Of a DNA stretch of 64,000 nt, positions 12,521-23,243 are shown in pieces. The stretch is taken from assembly GCA_013239625.1 (NCBI GenBank), contig MU053881.1, forward strand, positions 8,951,957 through 9,015,956, written 5' to 3'. Origin of the DNA: Lama guanicoe (Eukaryota). A program made the position numbers and the translations under genes. Position 1 is the stretch's first letter, and every line of letters begins with the position of its first letter. The notes under the pieces are model-generated. The model worked only from the letters and a program-made list of their open reading frames with translations, was not told where the DNA came from and did no database searches.

Positions 12521-15409
12521 GTAAGAGGCAGAGAATTTGATAAAATCAAAGTAGTGATTTTTAGCAATTACTGATTTACCACTTTTCCTGCCTCTGCCCG
12601 CGGCGCTCCCTAATGCCTCCAACATCAGGTATTTAGCTTCATCTGCACCGAAATCTCCGCTCGAACATGCCTGCAGTTGGCAACTGTTCTTGCAAGCACT
12701 CGTTTGATTCTTTGAATATGCAGACTTAACACACCATCATTTCTAAGAGTCATGCAAGTTGAACATACGGCATCCCAGGAAATAGTGGTTAGTCTCATAG
12801 TGAAAGAATGAAGGTTGATGGGTATGAATCTTGTTCGGACCGCACTGGTGGCACTCCCCTGCACGTACAATCACTCAAACCAACATAAGCGCCCGATCAC
12901 TTCAATGTAAAGCAGGGAGAACCTACTTAAATGATCAGAAGATGCGAGAAAGATTCCTCTCACCAGATACTTCCAACAATATGTGCACGGCCTGGTGTAT
13001 AACCACATAATTATCTCGAACTTTGTAAGGGAATCCTCCTTTGACAAACGTTCTGAGATGCCTTAAGGAGGAAGATACACCGGACGAGTCTAAAGCTCAA
13101 ACATGTTCTCAAAGAAAAAAAACAAAAAACCCTACATTTTCATACTCCCCTCCGCCACGTTTTATGATTCTGCTGTCCTCTGAAGCTCAGTGTATTACTC
13201 TCTAGGAAGACCACACATTTTAAGGAACTGGAATGATTTAATGAATGTGGTCAAAATATGCTGTTTCACATCCTAAGGTCTTGTAGGTGGCTTCACATTG
13301 TCACCTCCTTTAGTAACTCCCAGGGGAAGAGGTTACCGTGGGCGAGTCATGGAAGGGTCACAAAATATTCTGGAAGAAATGTTAAGTGTGAAGGTAGGAT
13401 TGGTCTCGACCCACACTCCTCACTGAAGTCCCAAGCATGTTGAACCATGAAGAACTCCATACTTACTGTGTTTTGTTTTTTTTTTTCCTCTCCAATTTTA
13501 TCATCCCCAACCTCTCCCCATCTTTCAGCCCCACCTAACTCTCTAAGCCGGGTGGATGTAGCCAGGCCTCATGCCCCTACCAGGCCATGTATACAAATCC
13601 CAAATATGGGCCAGATTTTGTGATATTCTCTCAAGAGACACTCCCCCCACCCCCTGCCAATATTTGATTCTAACCCGCCTTACTTCACGCTTGCTTCCCT
13701 GGTTCTCCAGTTGTCTATCCCTCCGTTTCAATCCCAATGCTTCCGGGGTTTCCCCCAACACAGATCTCAGTATCTGCCAAGTCTTTGTCCTCTTCTCTCC
13801 ATCCTGCCCCCTTCTGTTCACTGCTCTATTAGTGCCACTCCCCTTGCTCCACTGTATGCATCTGTTTCAAAGACTGCCACTCCCCACTAACTGCTAGTTT
13901 CCTGAGCGAATGAAGCAGGTGTTATTTCCCTATGTTCAAGGCCTAACACCCTGCTGGGCTCATTCCAGGCACTAACTTATTGCCTGAGGAATGAATCAAC
14001 AGGGTCCTTCACAAACCAGCCACCAAAAAAATAAAAAGTAAAAGAAATAAATGATTCCTTTAGCAGCCAGAATTATTTCTTGACAAAATGCAAAACTGTC
14101 CCAATATTCTCAGCCCCTATAGCATTGGGACACTTTGACCCTGGAGACAGAGAATATTTTTCCCCAAACGCAGAACTTTCAAAATATAGGGGGAAAAAAG
14201 ATCATTTGGAATTGGAGCATTATTTTTCAAGGCAGTGGTTGGGAGACACATAAAAATACAGCCCAGAACAAAGGAAGAGCTAAAAAAAACTCCAGAAATC
14301 AGCCTATTCATCTATGGAGACCACCGAGTCTCTCACTGCGTCACTTAAAATGAATCTGGTTCCTGAAGGAATCTATTCACTAGGGGATCAGGAAAGGCCT
14401 CTCTGGTGATTGAAGGGACCCCCAGAGAGAGAGTGACGGGAGACACAGATAGGGTCGGTGTGCTCTGTCACAGTCGGCACGGCCTCGTGGGAAACCCATG
14501 GAAAGCCAGCAGCCCTTGGCGAAGCCCACGGGGCTGCCAGCATTCCTATGCTGATGCCCGAAGAACCGAAATTCCGTGGAAATCAAGTAGCAGCTCATGT
14601 GAGCTGCAAGACTCGAACACTAACGTGCAGCCTAATGAGCATATTCTGACTGCAGGCTCTGCTTGTTAACTGTTGAAAATATTTTCACAAGGCTTTGGGT
14701 ATGGCAGGTTCGTGCGAGTTTCGCAACGTCTGGGCTGAAAGGGATCTCTGTGTAAGCCCGGCTCGAGCAAGTCACCTGACTCCTGTCAGTGACTAGAAAT
14801 GGAATCAGAGCGCGTTCTGGACTTGGGTGTTTCTTGACAAAGCCCACTGGGGTTTTGCAGAAACCAAAAGGTGAACAGCTTCGCCAGGGTTGGTGAAGAG
14901 AAAACGGCCGTCAGGCTCCTACCAGAGGGATGCACGGTGCTCCTCTGATCTGTGAAACGAAACCTGACTCAAGACTTGCCTGGAACGGGAGCTGAGAAGG
15001 TTCTGGTGTGACATCAGTGGCGTTCGGTGAGAGCAAGTTTTTAAGGGAACACATGCACCTTGGGCAGATTAAACGAACCTGTCAATTGTCCAGCCAGAAG
15101 TGTTATCCTCATGCAGGTAAACCCCATCATCCTAATTTTCCAGAAAAGGTTCTTGAGGTCAAGAGAGGCCAGTGGGACTGACAAGCCACTCAGCTATTTG
15201 GTGAACATGGGGCTGCATGGAAATGTATTCCTGACATTTCTAACTACAAGCTATGACGCTGTTGCTTCTTTTGCGTTGGTTTGGGCTCTTTACACAGGAG
15301 GCTTGATATTTACATGGCACAGTTATGTCCATTTCCTCACTCTGATCTGCACACGACCCCCGGTACTAACGCGGACCAGACTCCATCAGTGGGGAATCTC
15401 AGTTGGGAG

Positions 15410-15570
15410 TGCTTAGTGGTGATCTGGGGTGGTTATTAAAATGCACATCCCTTGGCCCCAACCCAGACCTACTGGGAGAGAATCTCTAGGGTGGGACCCA
15501 GGCATCTGAATTTTAATAAAGAAAAACAAAGCCAAAATCTCCCATGCATCTGATATCCATCAAACCACTG
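15410..15570. mobile_element. MER5A-type MITE
   Basis: ttattaaaatgcacatcccttggccccaacccagacctactg..agaatctctagggtgggacccaggcatctgaattttaa is the MER5A core. Confidence 0.7.
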
Positions 15571-18509
15571 TTGCCAGAGATGACGGTCATCTATGAACTA
15601 TGGAGATACCCACCCCCAAATATCTTCCTTTGGATCCTGCCTTTAGGAGCCTGAAAATGTTGTGAAGTCTACTCACCACTCAGTGTTGAGGATTTGCCAC
15701 AATTTTCAAGACTCCCTGAGAACATGCATGTGTGAGGAGAGATTCGCAGGAACAACACACACCCGTTCACAGGCTGAGTGAGACTGAAGCATCACTCAGG
15801 TCAGGGCCTCCTGAATAAAGCCTTTGTCACAAGTGAGACCTTCCTGTTCCCCTCCCCGTCTTGGCTTTATCGTGGACTACCACTGACTTAACAAAATTTC
15901 TTTAGGTGAAAAACAATCTACTTTTCCGCTTGCCTAAATGCATTCAATGAGGAGAAAACTGTGCATCACTGCCAGACATGTAAAACAAGCGTCACCTGCC
16001 CTAAACACAAAGTAAAGGTAAAAACAGACATCACGAGATGAACGCAAGATGATATAAACACCAAAGAGGCCCTCCTTGATTTAACCTGGAAGATTAAGTG
16101 AGCTGAAAAAGGGATCTCCTTGTGGTGTGATTCCGTCATTTTGTGCACATTGCTGTGTGTCTACAACTTCAAGCAACCCGCCACTGTTACCCCGAGTATG
16201 CCCCCAAGGGATGCTCCCCACTCTTAATCTGCTGCAGGGTACAGGTAAGTGTCTCCCCTGAAAGTCTGAGTTACGAGCACTGTGGAAGGAGTCTTGGAGG
16301 GAAGGTGCATGGGGCCTGGGGGTCACAGGGGTCACACATGGGAGACCTCTGCACCCTCTTTGAACTTCATGGTTCTGTCCAAGGCCACCCAGGCTCTGCT
16401 GACTCATCTCACCGCCAAAACCTCCTCATTAGGGGTTCACGGGAGGCACCGCAGAGGTGGGGATGGTTGGGCAGGAGGGAGAGAGGCATTCTTTTATTCC
16501 AGGTTTGTAGCCTCCTCAAGGGTAGGGCTCAGCCTACTAAGGCCTTTCCTGACTGTAAAGATAAAAAGATAAAATAGCTCCCTCAACCGCAGTGGAGTTT
16601 AGCACGTCTCTGACAAGCAGCAATAATTAAGATCTAGCATAAACACAGCGCCTCCGAGGACAGTAAAAGCTGACTAAATGGGAATTTGTTCTGTTTGGCT
16701 TTTCTTTCCTTTATTTAGTTTTCCCGGGGAAGTTTCACTTTGAAGCAGGGCGGGCCCTGGGCGGAAGTGCAGAGTCTGGGATCTCCCCGAATGCCGCGCC
16801 GGTCAAGGCCACCTACCCCAGAAGGGTGTCCCAGCTTCCCACACTGTGCCTGGCCGGCCTCCGTCCACTGTGGTCCCTGTGGGCTTCTTTGCTAAGAGGA
16901 GGTGCTCAGTGCCCAGTGGGTGTGTGCTACTTAAAGTCCTCGTCCTGCATTCTCTCACCGCCCAACACATCAGAACCCCGCCTCTGCGCTGTGGACTGGG
17001 GGCGGGAAGGGGGGCTGGCAGTGGTTAACCAGGAGCTTTTCCAAGAAGTGACCCACTGACGACCCTTAGGTTACAGAAGGCTGACAGTGGCGGGGCTTGG
17101 GAGCAAGAGGTCTCGAGCGAGGTGCCGTTAACCCCATAGGTAACATCTGTGTGGCTGGTGGTGGCGAGCGCGGCTCCGGCCCTGGAGTTAGCCCACCCGA
17201 GGCCAGGTCCCCGCTCCTCTACTTTTAGCTGAATCAACTCAAGCACTTAACTCAATCTTTGTAAACACCAATTCTCTCATCAGTAAATAGGGCTGTCAGG
17301 ATGAGTAAGTGGGACGCACCATGGAAAGCACTTTGCATAGCCCCTGGAATTTAATAACCACTCACTGAACATTTATTGTCAATATTATCCATCTTATCAA
17401 ATAATAGCCATATTACTCACATGAGGCCAGAACCATCCATGGGTCAGAACGACCCAGTTCAGGCAACTTTCGGGGGATGAGAAACGTATCATGTGAGATT
17501 CATGTTTCTCCTCTAAACTGTCACAGCCGATCCCCCCCTCCCCGCCCGTAGTTGTCCATCACTAACGAAATTCCTCCCTTTCCTTCCTCTGACACAGCCC
17601 TCGTTTCTTGACACACAGTCTCACTCTTCTCTCCTCAGACAGCAGCGAGGAGTCAGTGATCTCGGAGGCAACGAGAGACTTAAATATAACACGTGAAACA
17701 TACTCAACCTTCCGATCTGAAAGGACGGGTAAATCGCACAATTTGAAAGGAGCAGAGTCTCCTTCCTCAGAAGATGCCTACCTGTTACAGGGGTTTCTCT
17801 TTGCCCCCCCCTCCCCCATCACGGCGGAAACACCACCATTCCCACTGACGGAAACGGTGCTACCAGCCTCACAGCCGCAGACGCGTGCAGGCGGGATCCC
17901 AGGGAAGAACCAGCATCCGTCTTCCAGCTTCAGGTTAGTCCATCGGGGGAACGTGGTGCAGATGTTATTTCTAAACAAGAAATGCCCTCGGTGCTAATTG
18001 CTTCTAAGAGCTGTTCAGTTAAAGGGGACACATATTTCCGCTTATCGGAGGGGATGCCATTTAGAACGGGTCCCAGTTAATAAAGGAAGCTTTAAGCGGC
18101 AGGCCGTCAGCAAAGGAAATCAGGGTTCCAGGGGTCAGGTGACACCCCCCGCATGCCAAGCCGTCTGCCTGGAGGGCCTTGGGCTGAGGGGCTCAAAAGT
18201 TAGTAGACATGACCACACGGAGAACACATTTCTGCATGTCAACCATTGCTAAGTCCCCGCCACAGCAAAACGACCAAGCCGCTGTCAATGTCAGGCTAAC
18301 GAGTTGGGATTCCACTTCCTGCCACTCTTCTCTGAGTGGTATTTCACAGGGGACTGTCATTAGCTGGGGACTGGATCCCTGTTTGGTGCCTGTAGGCAGT
18401 TAGAGTTCATATACCTTGTTGGCAAATACCACATTGATGGTCAAAATGAGACAAGAATAGATTAGAAAAACGTACTCCTGGGGAGGACAAGGCTCAATCA
18501 AGCTGAACG

Positions 18510-18790
18510 AGAAACAGACTCACAGACATAGAAAACAATCTCCTGGAGACCAGGGGTCAAGGGGCGAGAAGGGATACAATGGGAGTTTGGGATCTGCAGA
18601 TAAGAACTACTATGTATAGAAGAGATAAACAACAAGGTCCTATGGTATAGCACGGGGAACTACATTCAGTATCTTGTAGCCACCTATCAAGAAAACGAAT
18701 ATGAGAAGGAACGTATACACGTGACAAACATTGTTCTGTATGACACTGTGAACTGGCTATAATTCAATAAAAAGAAAGGAAAAAAAAAAA
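18510..18790 (+). mobile_element. 5'-truncated L1 3'UTR (cetartiodactyl/camelid type)
   Basis: gaaacagactcacagacatagaaaacaa...gggagtttggg...aaacaacaaggtcctatggtatagcacggggaactacattcagtatcttgta...caataaaaa plus a poly(A) tail; homologous to 32636-32920. Confidence 0.85.
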
Positions 18791-19223
18791 GACCTTGGAA
18801 AGACAGCAAGGGAGGAGAATTCTAGAAGAATTCCCAAAGACACGCTTGAACGTGGACAACTCATCTTGGTAGCCACTTCCAAGAGGTGTGCAACTTCTAT
18901 GCTCCGGTTGCTGCTTCTGGACCTCATAGAAGGAATGGCGACAGGATAGCATCCCTGAAGCCTTGAGCTACTTCCTCTGATGTGGGGGAGGCAAACATCA
19001 ATCAAATAGTTCTCTGTGCAGGCATGCATGCGTGCACGCACACACTGGTCAAGTGAACTGTGATAAAAGCTTCAGAAGAAAAGAAGATGCAGTAAGAGTG
19101 GATAAGTGTGAGAATTAACCCAGAGCGATTGTGAAAGACCTCGTTTAGGTCCTGGTAACGGAGCTCAGAGCTGCAGGATGAGCAGGTGATGACAGAAGGG
19201 AGGGGCAGGAACACTAAGCAGTG

Positions 19224-19660
19224 CAGGCAGATCTCACGTCAGAACCCTTGGCAGAACATGCATTTTTGTTTGTTTGTTTGTTTGTTTGTTTTTAACAAAT
19301 TGAGCGTTGGTGGCCACGCTGCGTGGAACAGGTCTACTGGAGCCATTTTTCCAATAGCATTTGCTTGCTTCCTGCTTCTGTATCACATTTGGTAATTCTC
19401 ACAATGTATCGAACTTTTTCATTATTTTACTTGTTATAGTGATCTGTGATCAGCGATCTTTGATGTTACTACCACTACTCATTGAAGGCTCACACAATGG
19501 TTAGCATTTTGTTTTAAGCAAGAAAGTATTTTTTAGCTAAGGCACGTACATTCTTTAGACATAATACTATTGCACATTTAACACACTATACTGTAGTGTA
19601 AGTTTTACATGCACTGGGAAACCAAAAAATTCCGATGCCCTGCTTTATTGTGACACTGTT
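19224..19660 (+). mobile_element. Internally deleted Tigger1 derivative (TcMar-Tigger), in copy 1
   Basis: One Tigger1 end (ttttaacaaattga..gccatttttccaatagcat..ggtaattctc..gtgatctgtgatcag.gatctttgatgttacta) is joined to the other (tgaaggctca..ggttagcatttt..tttagacataat..gcactgggaaaccaaaaaattc). Confidence 0.8.
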
Positions 19661-20589
19661 ACCTACTTCTTTCTCTGTCCTTCCAGCTCTTCCAGAGCTT
19701 ACTCTATTTCCCACTAATTTGCCTCTTACTGTATACCACCATATCGACCTCAGTATCCAGAACACAGAAGGAATCAACAAATACTCACTGATTCATCTCT
19801 AACCGAGAGCATGGCAAAAGCATGCTGTGAAGGACTCATCCAAATGTAATTTTTTCCCCCATCTTCCCACCAAAGGAGTTACTAATGACTTGACCCTCCT
19901 AATGGCCAACCTTTCCCCCAGGACCAAAACAACGTATTTCCCTTTGAGGTTTACCAGCAGAAGCAACCGTTTTGAAAGAAACACGTGTAATTTGTCATGC
20001 CTGGAGACAATGTTTGTTTTTCTCAAACAGCCGTTTTATTTGGCAAACATGCACCACTTGAAGCATTGCTACAATGCGTGTTTGTAGAAGCAGCTTCAGA
20101 TTTTATCTGGGTTCTGAGTGGACTGGTGGGTGACACAGCTACTTTAATATATTCCTCAATTAAATAGGTAGATAGAAATAGAATTTAAATATTCAGGAAT
20201 AATAATTGTTGGGGAGAGGAGCCCTAAGCGATATTCCTCACTGTCTATCATATTTCTATTCTTATTTCTCAAATTTAGGGCTTATTAACATTTTTCTAAT
20301 ATTTTTTCTCCAAGCGAGCAGAAAGGTGAATATAGAAGTGAAACTAAAGAGTAACAAAGTTACGTTACACGGCTCTCTTTTCATACTTTGCACCCTACTT
20401 GGTCATATTTGCACACCTCTTGATGATTCTTAAACATACACTGCAGTCTGAGAGACAAAATAGTATTTATACATGCTTTTATCAAAGAGAAAAGAAAAAG
20501 AATGGCTAAGAAGAGATAGAAGTTGAAAAGTAACCGTAGATATTAAGGATTTACCATCACCTATCACGTGTGCTTATGCAGTGACTGTA

Positions 20590-20745
20590 GTCATCCCTCT
20601 CCTTTAATCCTCAAAATCCTCCCATGAAGCTGTTATGATTATAACCCCCACTTTGCAGAGGTCCAGGGACTTGAAGTCACGTGTCCCAGATCAGACCATA
20701 AGAATTGGTGGAACCTGGTGTCCACCTGATTTCAAAGCCCCAACT
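20590..20745 (-). mobile_element. MIR fragment inside the triplicated unit (also at about 22750-22905 and 24966-25121)
   Basis: tttaatcctcaaaatcctcccatgaag..ataacccccactttgcagag..tgaagtcacgtgtcccagatca..ctgatttcaaagccc. Confidence 0.65.
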
Positions 20746-21083
20746 TGACGTGACCCCAGCCCAGAAGGAAAGGTGAGAATAATTCATTTCAGGCCACGAT
20801 GTCATTCTGTGGAGGGTCCAACAGCAAGGAAAGACCCCTTCACCCCTACCTATTTCTGAAAGTCGGTAGGAATGCGTATTTGCCGCTCATCCTGGAGAAT
20901 TCGGGAAGTGTGGGTGCACGAATGAAAGATTTTCTTCCCCTGCACACTTTCTGTGCAGCAGGACTCAGGGAAGGAAGATGACGACAAATTGGAAAACTCA
21001 GTCAGAGACAGAAACCTCAGAGGAGAAGGCCCTGCAGAAACCCGTGAACACACCACTGGGCTTACAGCAAAGCTCTCTTCAAA

Positions 21084-23243
21084 AAATGGCGACAGGATAG
21101 CATCCCTGAAGCCTTGAGCTACTTCCTCTGATGTGGGGGAGGCAAACATCAATCAAATAGTTCTCTGTGCAGGCATGCATGCGTGCACGCACACACTGGT
21201 CAAGTGAACTGTGATAAAAGCTTCAGAAGAAAAGAAGATGCAGTAAGAGTGGATAAGTGTGAGAATTAACCCAGAGCGATTGTGAAAGACCTCGTTTAGG
21301 TCCTGGTAACGGAGCTCAGAGCTGCAGGATGAGCAGGTGATGACAGAAGGGAGGGGCAGGAACACTAAGCAGTGCAGGCAGATCTCACGTCAGAACCCTT
21401 GGCAGAACATGCATTTTTGTTTGTTTGTTTGTTTGTTTGTTTTTAACAAATTGAGCGTTGGTGGCCACGCTGCGTGGAACAGGTCTACTGGAGCCATTTT
21501 TCCAATAGCATCTGCTTGCTTCCTGCTTCTGTATCACATTTGGTAATTCTCACAATGTATCGAACTTTTTCATTATTTTACTTGTTATGGTGATCTGTGA
21601 TCAGCGATCTTTGATGTTACTACCACTACTCATTGAAGGCTCACACAATGGTTAGCATTTTGTTTTAAGCAAGAAAGTATTTTTTTAGCTAAGGCACATA
21701 CATTCTTTAGACATAATACTATTGCACACTTAACACACTATACTGTAGTGTAAGTGTAAGTTTTACATGCACTGGGAAACCAAAAAATTCCGATGCCCTG
21801 CTTTATTGTGACACTGTTACCTACTTCTTTCTCTGTCCTTCCAGCTCTTCCAGAGCTTACTCTATTTCCCACTAATTTGCCTCTTACTGTATACCACCAT
21901 ATCGACCTCAGTATCCAGAACACAGAAGGAATCAACAAATACTCACTGATTCATCTCTAACCGAGAGCATGGCAAAAGCATGCTGTGAAGGACTCATCCA
22001 AATGTAATTTTTTTCCCCATCTTCCCACCAAAGGAGTTACTAATGACTTGACCCTCCTAATGGCCAACCTTTCCCCCAGGACCAAAACAACGTATTTCCC
22101 TTTGAGGTTTACCAGCAGAAGCAACCGTTTTGAAAGAAACACGTGTAATTTGTCATGCCTGGAGACAATGTTTGTTTTTCTCAAACAGCCGTTTTATTTG
22201 GCAAACATGCACCACTTGAAGCATTGCTACAATGCGTGTTTGTAGAAGCAGCTTCAGATTTTATCTGGGTTCTGAGTGGACTGGTGGGTGACACAGCTAC
22301 TTTAATATATTCCTCAATTAAATAGGTAGATAGAAATAGAATTTAAATATTCAGGAATAATAATTGTTGGGGAGAGGAGCCCTAAGCGATATTCCTCACT
22401 GTCTATCATATTTCTATTCTTATTTCTCAAATTTAGGGCTTATTAACATTTTTCTAATATTTTTTCTCCAAGCGAGCAGAAAGGTGAATATAGAAGTGAA
22501 ACTAAAGAGTAACAGAAAGTTACGTTACACGGCTCTCTTTTCATACTTTGCACCCTACTTGGTCATATTTGCACACCTCTTGATGATTCTTAAACATACA
22601 CTGCAGTCTGAGAGACAAAATAGTATTTATACATGCTTTTATCAAAGAGAAAAGAAAAAGAATGGCTAAGAAGAGATAGAAGTTGAAAAGTAACCGTAGA
22701 TATTAAGGATTTACCATCACCTATCACGTGTGCTTATGCAGTGACTGTAGTCATCCCTCTCCTTTAATCCTCAAAATCCTCCCATGAAGCTGTTATGATT
22801 ATAACCCCCACTTTGCAGAGGTCCAGGGACTTGAAGTCACGTGTCCCAGATCAGACCATAAGAATTGGTGGAACCTGGTGTCCACCTGATTTCAAAGCCC
22901 CAACTTGACGTGACCCCAGCCCAGAAGGAAAGGTGAGAATAATTCATTTCAGGCCACGATGTCATTCTGTGGAGGGTCCAACAGCAAGGAAAGACCCCTT
23001 CACCCCTACCTATTTCTGAAAGTCGGTAGGAATGCGTATTTGCCGCTCATCCTGGAGAATTCGGGAAGTGTGGGTGCACGAATGAAAGATTTTCTTCCCC
23101 TGCACACTTTCTGTGCAGCAGGACTCAGGGAAGGAAGATGACGACAAATTGGAAAACTCAGTCAGAGACAGAAACCTCAGAGGAGAAGGCCCTGCAGAAA
23201 CCCGTGAACACACCACTGGGCTTACAGCAAAGCTCTCTTCAAA
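21084..23243 (+). repeat. Tandem segmental repeat, copy 2 (2160 bp, lacks 58 bp at its start)
   Basis: Begins a+aatggcgacagg and ends ctcttcaaa; length = 2209+1+6+2-58. Confidence 0.97.
21375..21818 (+). mobile_element. Tigger1 derivative, in copy 2
   Basis: Duplicate of 19224-19660. Confidence 0.8.

Larger units (their letters stand above)
18875..21083 (+). repeat. Tandem segmental repeat, copy 1 (2209 bp)
   Basis: Runs from acttccaagagg to agctctcttcaaa; more than 99% identical to the next two copies, and the ORF track recurs identically. Confidence 0.97.

Noticed and set aside
16238..16250. 7-nt microexon or recursive splice site (cag|ggtacag|gtaagt)
   Set aside because: The donor is perfect, but the polypyrimidine tract is weak, the length is not frame-preserving and there is no other support.
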